A stretch of 33,174 nt of DNA from a virus (IMGVR_UViG_2526164596_000016); one strand, 5' to 3'; shown: positions 17,649 through 27,211, numbered from the stretch's first letter. The notes: generated by a model not told the origin, from the sequence alone. A program made the numbers and translations.

Positions 17649-17748
17649 GAACGCGCTGGCGCGCTGTGCCAGCCAGGTAAAAATGATTAAACACTGTCAG
17701 GACGAAAACGATGCTCAAACCCGACAGCCTGCGCAGGGCGCTGACTGA
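17458..17748 (+). CDS. lysC: o-spanin (Rz1-like) lipoprotein LysC, embedded in and extending beyond lysB in another frame
   Basis: Signal peptide plus lipobox (LMLCAGC) and a Pro-rich mature part. Confidence 0.7.
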   Translation: MKTKIFAAGTALTCLMLCAGCTSAPPAPTPVIVPNACPKVSLCPMPGSAPETNGDLSADIRQLENALARCASQVKMIKHCQDENDAQTRQPAQGAD

Positions 17749-18178
17749 TGCCGTCACGGTGCTGAAAACCAGTCCCGAGATGCTGCGGATATTCGTGGAT
17801 AACGGGAGTATTGCCTCCACACTGGCGGCGTCGCTGTCATTTGAAAAGCGTTACACGCTCAATGTCATTGTGACCGACTTTACCGGTGATTTTGACCTGC
17901 TCATCGTGCCGGTGCTGGCGTGGCTGCGGGAAAATCAGCCCGACATCATGACCACCGACGAAGGCCAGAAAAAGGGCTTCACGTTTTATGCAGACATCAA
18001 CAATGACAGCAGCTTTGATATCAGCATCAGCCTGATGCTGACCGAGCGCACGCTGGTCAGTGAGGTTGACGGTGCGCTGCATGTGAAGAATATCCCGGAA
18101 CCCACGCCGCCGGAGCCGGTCACCCGCCCGGTGGAGCTTTATATCAATGGCGAACTGGTGAGCAAGTGGGATGAATGA
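17711..18178 (+). CDS. R: Tail completion protein R
   Basis: 155-aa ORF; position and size match P2 R. Confidence 0.8.
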   Translation: MLKPDSLRRALTDAVTVLKTSPEMLRIFVDNGSIASTLAASLSFEKRYTLNVIVTDFTGDFDLLIVPVLAWLRENQPDIMTTDEGQKKGFTFYADINNDSSFDISISLMLTERTLVSEVDGALHVKNIPEPTPPEPVTRPVELYINGELVSKWDE

Positions 18179-18623
18179 GTTTAAGCGTTTTGAAGACCGG
18201 CTGACCGGACTGACTGAATCGCTGTCACCGTCAGGGCGTCGGCGACTGAGCGCCGAACTGGCGAAACGTCTGCGGCAGAGTCAGCAACGTCGGGTGATGG
18301 CTCAGAAAGCCCCGGACGGCACACCCTACGCGCCACGCCAGCAGCAGAGCGCCAGAAAAAAGACTGGTCGTGTTAAGCGAAAAATGTTTGCGAAACTTAT
18401 CACCAGTCGTTTTTTGCATATCCGCGCCAGCCCGGAACAGGCATCAATGGAGTTTTACGGCGGGAAGTCACCGAAAATCGCCAGCGTGCATCAGTTCGGT
18501 CTGTCGGAAGAAACCCGGAAAGACGGTAAGAAAATTGATTATCCGGCGCGTCCTCTGCTCGGCTTTACCTGTGAGGATGTGCAGATGATTGAAGAGATTA
18601 TCCTGGCTCACCTTGAGCGTTAG
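18171..18623 (+). CDS. S: Tail completion protein S
   Basis: 150-aa ORF; position and size match P2 S. Confidence 0.8.
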   Translation: MNEFKRFEDRLTGLTESLSPSGRRRLSAELAKRLRQSQQRRVMAQKAPDGTPYAPRQQQSARKKTGRVKRKMFAKLITSRFLHIRASPEQASMEFYGGKSPKIASVHQFGLSEETRKDGKKIDYPARPLLGFTCEDVQMIEEIILAHLER

Positions 18624-18653
18624 TTTTATCCAGTCAGAGGCTGATGCGCAATT

Positions 18654-18688
18654 AAACATTGAGCGGCCATGCTGGTCGCTCAATGTTT
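18654..18688. terminator. Bidirectional hairpin: perfect 12-bp stem AAACATTGAGCG / CGCTCAATGTTT with 11-nt loop
   Basis: Read directly between convergent S (+) and the moron gene (-). Confidence 0.55.
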
Positions 18689-18694
18689 AGAGGT

Positions 18695-19252
18695 TTATGA
18701 GTGATTTTTATTTGATGCTTTGTATTCTAAAACCTTCTTATTGGCGTAAAAGAATTTTGTATATGACAGGAATATAACCAGACCTGAAGTGAAATAGACG
18801 AGGGATAGTATTAATAATGCTTTTTTGTGACTGTTATTATCTTTAATCTCCTGACTTAACCATTCGGAGTCCTCCTCGTTTAGCTGTAAGAGCTTATTGC
18901 AGGCGATCTCAGGAAGTGTGTCTTTTATAAATACGTTTTGCAGTCTCTTGCAATCGGCAAGGCTATAAGTTTTATTAAATTCAACTGCTTTATTTTTGAA
19001 GGATAAAAGAACTTTGTCACTATAAACATAGTACATCATGTTTTTATATGGTATGCCTATGGCATCCCTTACTATAACGGATTGTTCGTTGTGTATGTAA
19101 CATGCGAGAAGAATGTAAAAAATACTGGCCAGAATTACAATTATTGTTTTAATTATGTGTGGTGGTTTTGTTATGTCACCCCAGATGCGAGTAAGGAAAA
19201 AATACGATGTTTTTAGTTTTCCATCAATCAGTCCCTGCTGTATCATTCTCAC
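18695..19252 (-). CDS. Moron: small membrane protein (two predicted transmembrane helices), unknown function
   Basis: 185-aa ORF antisense to the tail operon in a visibly AT-rich insert between S and V; hydrophobic segments IIKTIIVILASIFYILLACYI and ALLILSLVYFTSGLVIFLSY. Start codon uncertain. Confidence 0.6.
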   Translation of the reverse strand: MRMIQQGLIDGKLKTSYFFLTRIWGDITKPPHIIKTIIVILASIFYILLACYIHNEQSVIVRDAIGIPYKNMMYYVYSDKVLLSFKNKAVEFNKTYSLADCKRLQNVFIKDTLPEIACNKLLQLNEEDSEWLSQEIKDNNSHKKALLILSLVYFTSGLVIFLSYTKFFYANKKVLEYKASNKNHS

Positions 19253-19561
19253 ATTTTCAATGCCTGATACATTGATTCCGTTAATTATTTTAAATAGTTG
19301 AATGTCGCGCCACTCGCGGTCAAGTCTTTTTAATTTTTGTCTGAATATCCAAAATTGAAATAATGTGCAATAAGCCTCATAAGGTTACTTTTACCAAAGC
19401 TAAAAAATGCTAATACTGCAAAGCTACAAAGGAAAAAACGATTAGCCCCCACACATTAGTCACATTATAGCTGACCATTACGCTCTCCTTGAATGTTGTC
19501 TGGTAGTTCTACAAATGAATCCAGATAGCATAACTTTTATATATTGTGCAATCTCACATGC

Positions 19562-20197
19562 ATGAACACTCTCGCAAATATTCAGGAACTCGCGCGCGCA
19601 CTGCGCAACATGATTCGTACCGGCCTAGTCGTCGAAACCGACCTTAACGCCGGTCGCTGCCGTGTGCAGACCGGCGGCATGTGCACTGACTGGCTTCAGT
19701 GGCTGACCCATCGTGCCGGTCGTTCGCGCACATGGTGGGCACCTTCCGTGGGGGAGCAGGTGCTGATTCTGGCCGTGGGCGGTGAACTCGACACGGCGTT
19801 CGTTCTGCCGGGGATTTATTCCGGCGATAACCCCTCGCCGTCTGTGTCGGCGGATGCCCTGCATATCCGTTTCCCTGACGGGGCGGTGATTGAGTATGAA
19901 CCCGAAACCAGTGCACTCACGGTAAGCGGAATTAAAACGGCCAGCGTGACGGCTTCTGATTCTGTTACTGCCACGGTACCGGTGGTCACGGTGAAAGCGT
20001 CAACCCGTGTCACCCTGGACACACCGGAAGTGGTCTGCACTAACAAACTGACTACCGGCACGCTGGAAGTGCAGAAGGGCGGGACGATGCGCGGCAACAT
20101 TGAACACACCGGCGGTGAACTCTCATCAAACGGTAAGGTACTGCATACCCATAAACACCCCGGCGACAGCGGCGGCACAACCGGGGGACCTCTATGA
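19562..20197 (+). CDS. V: Baseplate spike protein V
   Basis: ORF 19544-20197; start taken at MNTLANIQELARAL giving 211 aa. Confidence 0.85.
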   Translation: MNTLANIQELARALRNMIRTGLVVETDLNAGRCRVQTGGMCTDWLQWLTHRAGRSRTWWAPSVGEQVLILAVGGELDTAFVLPGIYSGDNPSPSVSADALHIRFPDGAVIEYEPETSALTVSGIKTASVTASDSVTATVPVVTVKASTRVTLDTPEVVCTNKLTTGTLEVQKGGTMRGNIEHTGGELSSNGKVLHTHKHPGDSGGTTGGPL

Positions 20198-20541
20198 CTG
20201 CGCGTTATCTCGGAATGAATCGCAGTGATGGCCTGACTGTCACTGACCTTGAGCATATCAGCCAGAGTATCGGCGATATCCTGCGCACGCCGGTCGGCTC
20301 ACGGGTGATGCGTCGTGATTACGGCTCGTTGCTGGCATCAATGATTGACCAGCCGCAGACCCCGGCGCTTGAGTTGCAGATTAAGGTCGCCTGTTACATG
20401 GCGGTGCTGAAATGGGAACCCCGCGTCACCCTGTCATCCGTCACCACTGAGCGCAGTTTTGACGGGCGAATGACGGTCACGTTAACCGGCCAGCACAACG
20501 ACACCGGCCAGCCACTTTCGTTAACCATCCCTGTGAGTTGA
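20194..20541 (+). CDS. W: Baseplate wedge protein W
   Basis: 115-aa ORF overlapping the V stop. Confidence 0.85.
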   Translation: MTARYLGMNRSDGLTVTDLEHISQSIGDILRTPVGSRVMRRDYGSLLASMIDQPQTPALELQIKVACYMAVLKWEPRVTLSSVTTERSFDGRMTVTLTGQHNDTGQPLSLTIPVS

Positions 20542-20545
20542 AACC

Positions 20546-21454
20546 ATGCCGATTATCGACCTGAACCAGCTACCCGCACCGGATGTGGTCGAGGAGCTGG
20601 ATTTTGAAACCATTCTCGCCGAACGCAAGGCGACACTGATTTCCCTTTACCCGGAAGACCAGCAGGAGGCGGTCGCCCGTACCCTGACGCTGGAATCTGA
20701 GCCTCTCGTCAAACTGCTGGAGGAAAATGCTTATCGTGAGCTTATCTGGCGTCAGCGTGTGAATGAGGCCGCACGGGCGGTGATGCTGGCCTGTGCTGCC
20801 GGTAATGACCTTGATGTGATTGGTGCCAATTACAACACCACGCGCCTGACTATCACCCCGGCAGATGATTCGACCATCCCGCCGACACCGGCAGTGATGG
20901 AGTCTGACACCGATTATCGTCTGCGTATTCAGCAGGCGTTTGAAGGTTTAAGCGTCGCCGGGTCGGTGGGAGCCTATCAGTATCATGGTCGCAGTGCCGA
21001 CGGGCGTGTCGCGGATATCTCTGTCACCAGTCCGTCTCCGGCCTGCGTCACCATCTCCGTACTGTCACGTGAAAATAACGGTGTCGCATCCGAAGACCTG
21101 CTGGCTGTGGTGCGTAACGCCCTTAATGGCGAGGACGTCAGGCCGGTGGCCGACCGCGTGACCGTGCAGTCTGCCGCCATCGTTGAATACCAGATAAACG
21201 CCACGCTTTACCTTTACCCTGGTCCCGAAAGCGAACCCATACGCGCTGCCGCCGTGAAAAAACTGGAAGCGTACATCACGGCACAGCACCGGCTGGGGCG
21301 CGACATCCGTCTGTCTGCCATTTATGCCGCTTTGCATGTGGAAGGTGTGCAGCGTGTCGAACTGGCTGCACCACTGGCCGACATCGTGCTCAACAGTACG
21401 CAGGCGTCTTTCTGTACCGAATACCGCGTCGTGACCGGAGGCTCGGATGAGTGA
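20546..21454 (+). CDS. J: Baseplate protein J
   Basis: 302-aa ORF, size and position as in P2. Confidence 0.85.
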   Translation: MPIIDLNQLPAPDVVEELDFETILAERKATLISLYPEDQQEAVARTLTLESEPLVKLLEENAYRELIWRQRVNEAARAVMLACAAGNDLDVIGANYNTTRLTITPADDSTIPPTPAVMESDTDYRLRIQQAFEGLSVAGSVGAYQYHGRSADGRVADISVTSPSPACVTISVLSRENNGVASEDLLAVVRNALNGEDVRPVADRVTVQSAAIVEYQINATLYLYPGPESEPIRAAAVKKLEAYITAQHRLGRDIRLSAIYAALHVEGVQRVELAAPLADIVLNSTQASFCTEYRVVTGGSDE

Positions 21455-22058
21455 TTCGCGACTGCTGCCGACCGGCTCATCACCGCTTGAAGTTGCCGCC
21501 GCAAAAGCCTGTGCGGAAATTGAAAAAACGCCGGTCAGTATTCGTGAGCTGTGGAACCCGGACACCTGCCCGGCAAATCTGCTGCCGTGGCTGGCGTGGT
21601 CATTTTCGGTTGACCGCTGGGATGATAAGTGGCCGGAAGCGACAAAACGCGCTGTTATCCGCGATGCGTATTTCATTCACTGCCATAAGGGCACTATAGG
21701 CGCAATCCGGCGTGTGGTGGAGCCGCTCGGCTATCTGATTGAGGTGAGGGAGTGGTGGCAGCTCAACGAGGAGCCGGGGACGTTCCGCATCGTTGTTGGC
21801 GTGCTTGAGCAGGGTATTACCGAGGAAATGTATCAGGAGCTGGAGCGCCTCGTTGCTGATGCAAAACCGGCAAGCCGCCATCTGACGGGACTGGCTATCA
21901 GTTTAAGTACAACCGGCAACATTTTTGCCGGTGCGGGATGCTATCACGGCGACGCCCTGACGGTTTATCCCTACACCCCGGAGGCCATTATTGTCGGAGG
22001 GGATTATTTCCCGGCCTCGGCCATTCATTTAATTGATAACCTGAGAGTAAACGCATGA
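21447..22058 (+). CDS. I: Baseplate protein I
   Basis: ORF overlapping the J stop; start may lie further in. Confidence 0.8.
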   Translation: MSDSRLLPTGSSPLEVAAAKACAEIEKTPVSIRELWNPDTCPANLLPWLAWSFSVDRWDDKWPEATKRAVIRDAYFIHCHKGTIGAIRRVVEPLGYLIEVREWWQLNEEPGTFRIVVGVLEQGITEEMYQELERLVADAKPASRHLTGLAISLSTTGNIFAGAGCYHGDALTVYPYTPEAIIVGGDYFPASAIHLIDNLRVNA

Positions 22059-23347
22059 CAGTGAAATACTACGCCATTCTGACTAATCAGGGCGCAGCAC
22101 GGCTGGCTAACGCGACGATGCTCGGCAGTAAGCTGAATCTGACGCAAATGGCCGTTGGTGATGCGAATGGTGTCTTGCCGACACCAGACCCGGCACAGAC
22201 AAAACTGATTAACCAGAAACGCATTGCGCCGCTGAATCTTCTGAGTGTTGACCCGAACAACCAGAGCCAGATTATTGCGGAGCAAATCATCCCTGAGAAC
22301 GAGGGCGGATTCTGGATCCGTGAGATTGGGCTTTATGATGAAGAAGGCGTACTCATTGCGGTGGCGAACTGCCCGGAAACGTACAAACCGCAGTTGCAGG
22401 AAGGCAGTGGTCGTACCCAGACTATCCGCATGATTCTGGTTGTCACGAATACCGAAGCTATTACGCTGAAAATCGACCCGTCGGTGGTACTGGCGACCCG
22501 TAAATACGTGGATGATGAAGTCCTGGAATTAAGGCTGTATGTGGATGACCAGATGAGAAACCACATTGCCGCACAGGATCCTCATACCCAGTATGCACAG
22601 AAACATAATCCGACATTTACCGGAGAACCAAAAGCGCCGACGCCTGCCGCAGGAAATAACACCACGCGGATTGCGACCACTGAGTTTGTTCAGGCCGCTA
22701 TTACCGCTCTGATTAACGGTGCGCCAGCCACACTGGACACACTGAAAGAAATTGCCGCGGCCATTAACAATGACCCGAAATTCAGCACCACCATTAACAA
22801 TGCGCTGGCAGGTAAACAACCGCTGGACAATACGCTGACTCATTTGAGTGGAAAGGATGTTGCCGGTCTTCTCGTATACCTTGGTTTGGGAGAAGGTTCG
22901 GCATTACCCGTTGGTGTGCCTGTTCCGTGGCCTTCAGCCACACCGCCTACTGGCTGGCTGAAATGCAACGGTGCGGCTTTTTCTGCTGAAGAATACCCGG
23001 AACTGGCAAAGGTTTATCCGACAAATAAATTGCCTGATTTACGCGGTGAATTTATTCGTGGCTGGGATGACGGACGTGGAGTGGATGCCGGGCGACAATT
23101 ATTATCTTCACAGGGGGATGCAATAAGAAATATTGAGGGATTCGCAGATGGCGGGATCGGTATGTCTTTTGATGCAATCAGAGGGGCTTTTTATGATGCA
23201 GGAACACGATCTGCGAGAATGCCGAATAACACAACTGATATAGGCAAAACCGATGACCTTGGATTCGACGCCTCTCGTGTCGTGCCAACAGCTAATGAAA
23301 ACCGTCCACGTAACATCGCCTTTAATTATATTGTGAGGGCTGCATAA
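22055..23347 (+). CDS. H: Tail fibre protein H (constant N-terminal part plus the currently expressed variable C-terminus)
   Basis: 430-aa ORF; N-terminal YAILTNQGAARLANA...MAVGDANG...GGFWIREIGLYDEEGVLIAVAN typical of P2 H / Mu S-type fibres; crosses the hix-like site at 22881. Confidence 0.85.
   Translation: MTVKYYAILTNQGAARLANATMLGSKLNLTQMAVGDANGVLPTPDPAQTKLINQKRIAPLNLLSVDPNNQSQIIAEQIIPENEGGFWIREIGLYDEEGVLIAVANCPETYKPQLQEGSGRTQTIRMILVVTNTEAITLKIDPSVVLATRKYVDDEVLELRLYVDDQMRNHIAAQDPHTQYAQKHNPTFTGEPKAPTPAAGNNTTRIATTEFVQAAITALINGAPATLDTLKEIAAAINNDPKFSTTINNALAGKQPLDNTLTHLSGKDVAGLLVYLGLGEGSALPVGVPVPWPSATPPTGWLKCNGAAFSAEEYPELAKVYPTNKLPDLRGEFIRGWDDGRGVDAGRQLLSSQGDAIRNIEGFADGGIGMSFDAIRGAFYDAGTRSARMPNNTTDIGKTDDLGFDASRVVPTANENRPRNIAFNYIVRAA
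22869..22894. repeat. hix/gix-like inversion site (left): TTCTCGTATACC TT GGTTTGGGAGAA
   Basis: Read directly; 15-bp core TTGGTTTGGGAGAAG (22881-22895) recurs in inverted orientation at 24699-24713; half-sites resemble hixL as recalled. Confidence 0.6.
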
Positions 23348-23940
23348 TGAAACCTGTTTTTGATGAAAATGGGCTGACTACAGTGCCGGGTGATATGCGT
23401 TGTTTTTATTATGATGCAGTAACGTCTGAATATTCGGGCTGGTCTGATGAATATATTAATACTGGCGTAAGTATGCCCGCCTGTTCCACTGGTATTGACC
23501 CGGGCGAATACATTCCGGGGAAAGTGGCAGTATTTACGGGTAAGGGATGGAGCCATGAAGAAGACCACCGCAATGAGACTGTTTACTCAATCGAAAATGG
23601 CGTAGCTGTTACAGTGGATTATATCGGTGCCATCAAAGACGGTTATGTCACGCTTTCACCGTTAACGCCATACGATAAATGGGATGGTGAGAAATGGGTG
23701 ACAGATACTGAGGCACAGCATAGTGCCGCACTAGACGCGGCAGAAGCACAGCGCCAGTCGCTGATTGATGCTGCAATGGCTTCCATCAGTCTGATTCAAC
23801 TGAAATTACAGGCCGGGCGGAAGCTGACGCAGGCAGAAACAACCCGACTTAACGCCGTGCTGGATTATATTGACGCGGTGACGGTAACAGATACCAGCAC
23901 TGCGCCGGATGTCATCTGGCCTGAACTGCCGAAGGCGTAG
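23347..23940 (+). CDS. G: Tail fibre assembly chaperone G (expressed orientation)
   Basis: 197-aa ORF immediately after H with a conserved Tfa-type C-terminus (...DTSTAPDVIWPELPKA). Confidence 0.8.
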   Translation: MKPVFDENGLTTVPGDMRCFYYDAVTSEYSGWSDEYINTGVSMPACSTGIDPGEYIPGKVAVFTGKGWSHEEDHRNETVYSIENGVAVTVDYIGAIKDGYVTLSPLTPYDKWDGEKWVTDTEAQHSAALDAAEAQRQSLIDAAMASISLIQLKLQAGRKLTQAETTRLNAVLDYIDAVTVTDTSTAPDVIWPELPKA

Positions 23941-24352
23941 GCCATTCAATATCTGGCGCACCGGAAGTATCGACCAGTTCCAGTGTGTCCAGATAATCCA
24001 GCCACAAATTATATTGCGCCAGTTCCTCACCTTTCAGGCGACCAATCGCCGCTTTACCAGGCCATTGCTTACTGTTTATGTATTCGTTGACCTGATTAAT
24101 CAATTGCTGCTTTTCCAGTTCGGCTGCGGCAATTTGTTCCTCATGAGTTGGCGGTGGAATATCAATCCATGCAGGCATTCCGTCGATGACACCTCTGTAT
24201 TTTCCTTCTGGTGCTTCCTTCATAAATTCGGCGGCAACAGTGTCGTCAATTTCGATTCCATCATCGGGCCATTCGCCGGATTCCTGATAAGCGATTTTAA
24301 GCTCCACAGGGAAAAACGCATTTTTATCGGCACTGAAAATATATTTCTGCAT
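23912..24352 (-). CDS. Alternative tail fibre assembly chaperone (silent inverted copy)
   Basis: 146-aa minus-strand ORF with the same Tfa-type C-terminus (...DTSGAPDIEWPTPSAVQAR), converging on G. Confidence 0.75.
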   Translation of the reverse strand: MQKYIFSADKNAFFPVELKIAYQESGEWPDDGIEIDDTVAAEFMKEAPEGKYRGVIDGMPAWIDIPPPTHEEQIAAAELEKQQLINQVNEYINSKQWPGKAAIGRLKGEELAQYNLWLDYLDTLELVDTSGAPDIEWPTPSAVQAR

Positions 24353-24354
24353 TT

Positions 24355-24711
24355 CTACCGTCCTATCGAAATATAACTGAATCTGTATTGCTGTGAGATA
24401 TCACTGGTTGCCACACGCCACGCTGAATTACTGATATGTTCAAAATTTACAGACAAAACCTGCGGGGCAGGATTCGACGGGTCTGACTGAACGGCATCAG
24501 ACATAACACTGACTGAAACCATCGGCCGATTAGGGAATGGTATAGGGAAATGTCCACTGATAAAGCGGGTCGTGTTTCCTGAAAAAGTGCCAAACTGAAC
24601 AATATATCCACCTGGTAGCCTGAACCATCCCGAACCAGAAGCGAATGCTCCCATATCCGGTATCTGATTATCTCCTGTGCCCACATCCCTTTTCGCCGCT
24701 TCTCCCAAACC
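24355..24711 (-). CDS. Alternative tail fibre C-terminal cassette (promoterless; would fuse to H after inversion)
   Basis: Minus-strand frame begins ...VGLGEAAKRD..., sharing the GLGE junction with H; the crossover dinucleotide sits at codon positions 2-3 in both copies, so inversion keeps the frame. Confidence 0.7.
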   Translation of the reverse strand, partial: GLGEAAKRDVGTGDNQIPDMGAFASGSGWFRLPGGYIVQFGTFSGNTTRFISGHFPIPFPNRPMVSVSVMSDAVQSDPSNPAPQVLSVNFEHISNSAWRVATSDISQQYRFSYISIGR

Positions 24712-24725
24712 AACGTTTATGAAAA
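24700..24725. repeat. hix/gix-like inversion site (right), read on the minus strand as TTTTCATAAACG TT GGTTTGGGAGAA
   Basis: Read directly; right half identical to the left site, left half close to the hix half-site as recalled. Confidence 0.6.
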
Positions 24726-24780
24726 TGCAGAGATAACGGCTAACTGGCATCATCTCCGGTTTTTATTCAGGGGGATGATC

Positions 24781-25374
24781 ATGCTTATTGGCTATGTACG
24801 CGTGTCAACAAATGACCAGAACACGGAATTGCAGAGTAATGCGCTGGAGTGTGCAGGATGTGAGCTGATTTTTGAGGATAAAATCAGCGGCTCGAAGTCC
24901 GACAGGCCGGGGCTGAAAAAACTGCTCAGGACACTATCGGCAGGAGACACGTTGGTTGTCTGGAAGCTGGACAGACTGGGGCGCAGTATGCGGCATCTCG
25001 TTACGCTGATAGAAGAGTTGCGCCAGCGTGGTGTGAATTTCAGAAGCCTGACTGACAGTATTGATACCAGTACCCCAATGGGCCGTTTCTTTTTTCATGT
25101 CATGGGTGCCCTGGCTGAAATGGAGCGAGAACTCATTGTCGAGCGGACACGCGCAGGACTGGAAGCGGCCAGAGCCAAAGGTCGTATTGGTGGCAGACGA
25201 CCGAAACTCACCGCGAGAGAGTGGGAGCAGGCAGGACGGTTGCTGGCTGCGGGGGAATCTCGTCAACGTGTGGCGCTGATTTTTGATATTGGCCTGTCCA
25301 CGCTCTATAAAAAATTCCCCTCATCAGCGACAAAGAATAAATTGTGTCATCCCTTAGCCAACCGGGACAAATAG
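24781..25374 (+). CDS. Serine DNA invertase, Hin/Gin/Pin/Cin family
   Basis: MLIGYVRVSTNDQNTELQ...DTLVVWKLDRLGRS...GRFFFHVMGALAEMERELIVERT...GRIGGRRPKLT: the serine recombinase catalytic core and C-terminal HTH, strongly resembling Gin as recalled. Confidence 0.9.
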   Translation: MLIGYVRVSTNDQNTELQSNALECAGCELIFEDKISGSKSDRPGLKKLLRTLSAGDTLVVWKLDRLGRSMRHLVTLIEELRQRGVNFRSLTDSIDTSTPMGRFFFHVMGALAEMERELIVERTRAGLEAARAKGRIGGRRPKLTAREWEQAGRLLAAGESRQRVALIFDIGLSTLYKKFPSSATKNKLCHPLANRDK

Positions 25375-25433
25375 CCTGACATCTCCGGCACAACTGAAAA
25401 TACCACTCACCCATTAACCACGGAGTTAAACGG

Positions 25434-26624
25434 ATGAGTGACTATCATCACGGCGTGCAGGTGCTGGAGATTAACGACGGCACCCGCGTCATTTCCACCG
25501 TATCCACTGCCATTGTCGGCATGGTCTGCACGGCCAGCGATGCGGATGCGGAAATCTTCCCCCTCAATAAACCGGTGCTGATCACCAATGTGCAGAGCGC
25601 GATTGCAAAGGCCGGTAAAAAAGGCACGCTGGCGGCATCGTTGCAGGCCATCGCTGACCAGTCAAAACCGGTCACCGTTGTCGTGCGCGTGGAAGACGGC
25701 ACCGGCGACGACGAAGAAACGAAACTCGCGCAGACCGTTTCCAATATCATCGGCACCACTGACGAAAACGGTCAGTACACCGGACTGAAAGCCCTGCTGG
25801 CGGCGGAGTCGGTTACCGGTGTTAAACCGCGTATTCTCGGTGTGCCGGGACTGGACACCAAAGAGGTGGCGGTTGCACTGGCATCAGTCTGTCAGAAGCT
25901 GCGCGCTTTCGGGTATATCAGCGCATGGGGCTGTAAAACCATTTCCGAGGTGAAAGCCTACCGCCAGAATTTCAGCCAGCGTGAGCTGATGGTCATCTGG
26001 CCGGATTTCCTCGCATGGGATACGGTCGCCAGTACCACCGCCACCGCGTATGCCACCGCCCGTGCGCTGGGCCTGCGCGCTAAAATCGACCAGGAGCAGG
26101 GCTGGCATAAAACGCTGTCCAACGTCGGGGTAAACGGTGTTACCGGCATCAGTGCCTCTGTATTCTGGGATTTGCAGGAGTCCGGCACCGATGCTGACCT
26201 GTTGAACGAGTCAGGTGTCACAACGCTGATTCGCCGTGACGGTTTCCGATTCTGGGGTAACCGTACCTGCTCTGATGACCCGCTGTTCCTCTTTGAAAAC
26301 TACACCCGCACCGCGCAGGTGCTGGCCGACACGATGGCTGAGGCGCACATGTGGGCGGTGGACAAGCCCATCACCGCAACGCTGATTCGCGACATCGTTG
26401 ACGGCATCAATGCCAAATTTCGTGAGCTGAAAACAAACGGCTATATCGTGGATGCGACCTGCTGGTTCAGCGAAGAATCCAACGATGCGGAAACCCTTAA
26501 GGCCGGAAAACTGTATATCGACTACGACTATACCCCGGTTCCTCCTCTTGAAAACCTGACCCTGCGCCAGCGTATTACCGATAAATACCTGGCAAATCTG
26601 GTCACCTCGGTTAACAGCAATTAA
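25434..26624 (+). CDS. FI: Tail sheath protein FI
   Basis: 396-aa ORF; size and position as in P2. Confidence 0.9.
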   Translation: MSDYHHGVQVLEINDGTRVISTVSTAIVGMVCTASDADAEIFPLNKPVLITNVQSAIAKAGKKGTLAASLQAIADQSKPVTVVVRVEDGTGDDEETKLAQTVSNIIGTTDENGQYTGLKALLAAESVTGVKPRILGVPGLDTKEVAVALASVCQKLRAFGYISAWGCKTISEVKAYRQNFSQRELMVIWPDFLAWDTVASTTATAYATARALGLRAKIDQEQGWHKTLSNVGVNGVTGISASVFWDLQESGTDADLLNESGVTTLIRRDGFRFWGNRTCSDDPLFLFENYTRTAQVLADTMAEAHMWAVDKPITATLIRDIVDGINAKFRELKTNGYIVDATCWFSEESNDAETLKAGKLYIDYDYTPVPPLENLTLRQRITDKYLANLVTSVNSN

Positions 26625-26636
26625 GGAGCCTGACCG

Positions 26637-27155
26637 ATGGCAATGCCGCGCAAACTCAAGTTAATGAACGTCTTTCTGAACGGCTACAGCTATCAGGGCG
26701 TTGCAAAGTCCGTCACGCTGCCAAAACTGACCCGTAAACTCGAAAACTATCGCGGTGCGGGGATGAACGGAAGCGCACCGGTAGACCTCGGCCTTGATGA
26801 CGATGCGCTGTCAATGGAGTGGTCGCTCGGGGGCTTCCCGGATTCGGTTATCTGGGAGCTTTACGCCGCAACCGGCGTGGATGCCGTACCGATTCGTTTT
26901 GCAGGCTCTTACCAGCGCGACGATACCGGCGAAACGGTAGCCGTTGAAGTGGTCATGCGTGGACGTCAGAAAGAAATCGACACCGGCGAGGGTAAACAGG
27001 GAGAAGACACCGAGTCGAAAATCTCCGTAGTCTGCACCTATTTCCGGCTGACGATGGACGGTAAGGAGCTGGTCGAAATCGACACCATCAACATGATTGA
27101 GAAGGTGAACGGCGTCGACCGGCTGGAGCAACACCGCCGCAATATCGGCCTGTAA
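26637..27155 (+). CDS. FII: Tail tube protein FII
   Basis: 172-aa ORF following FI. Confidence 0.9.
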   Translation: MAMPRKLKLMNVFLNGYSYQGVAKSVTLPKLTRKLENYRGAGMNGSAPVDLGLDDDALSMEWSLGGFPDSVIWELYAATGVDAVPIRFAGSYQRDDTGETVAVEVVMRGRQKEIDTGEGKQGEDTESKISVVCTYFRLTMDGKELVEIDTINMIEKVNGVDRLEQHRRNIGL

Positions 27156-27211
27156 TTTTCATCCGGTCAGTCAGGCTGACCGGTTAACCCCGATTCAGAA
27201 GTGAGAAAACC

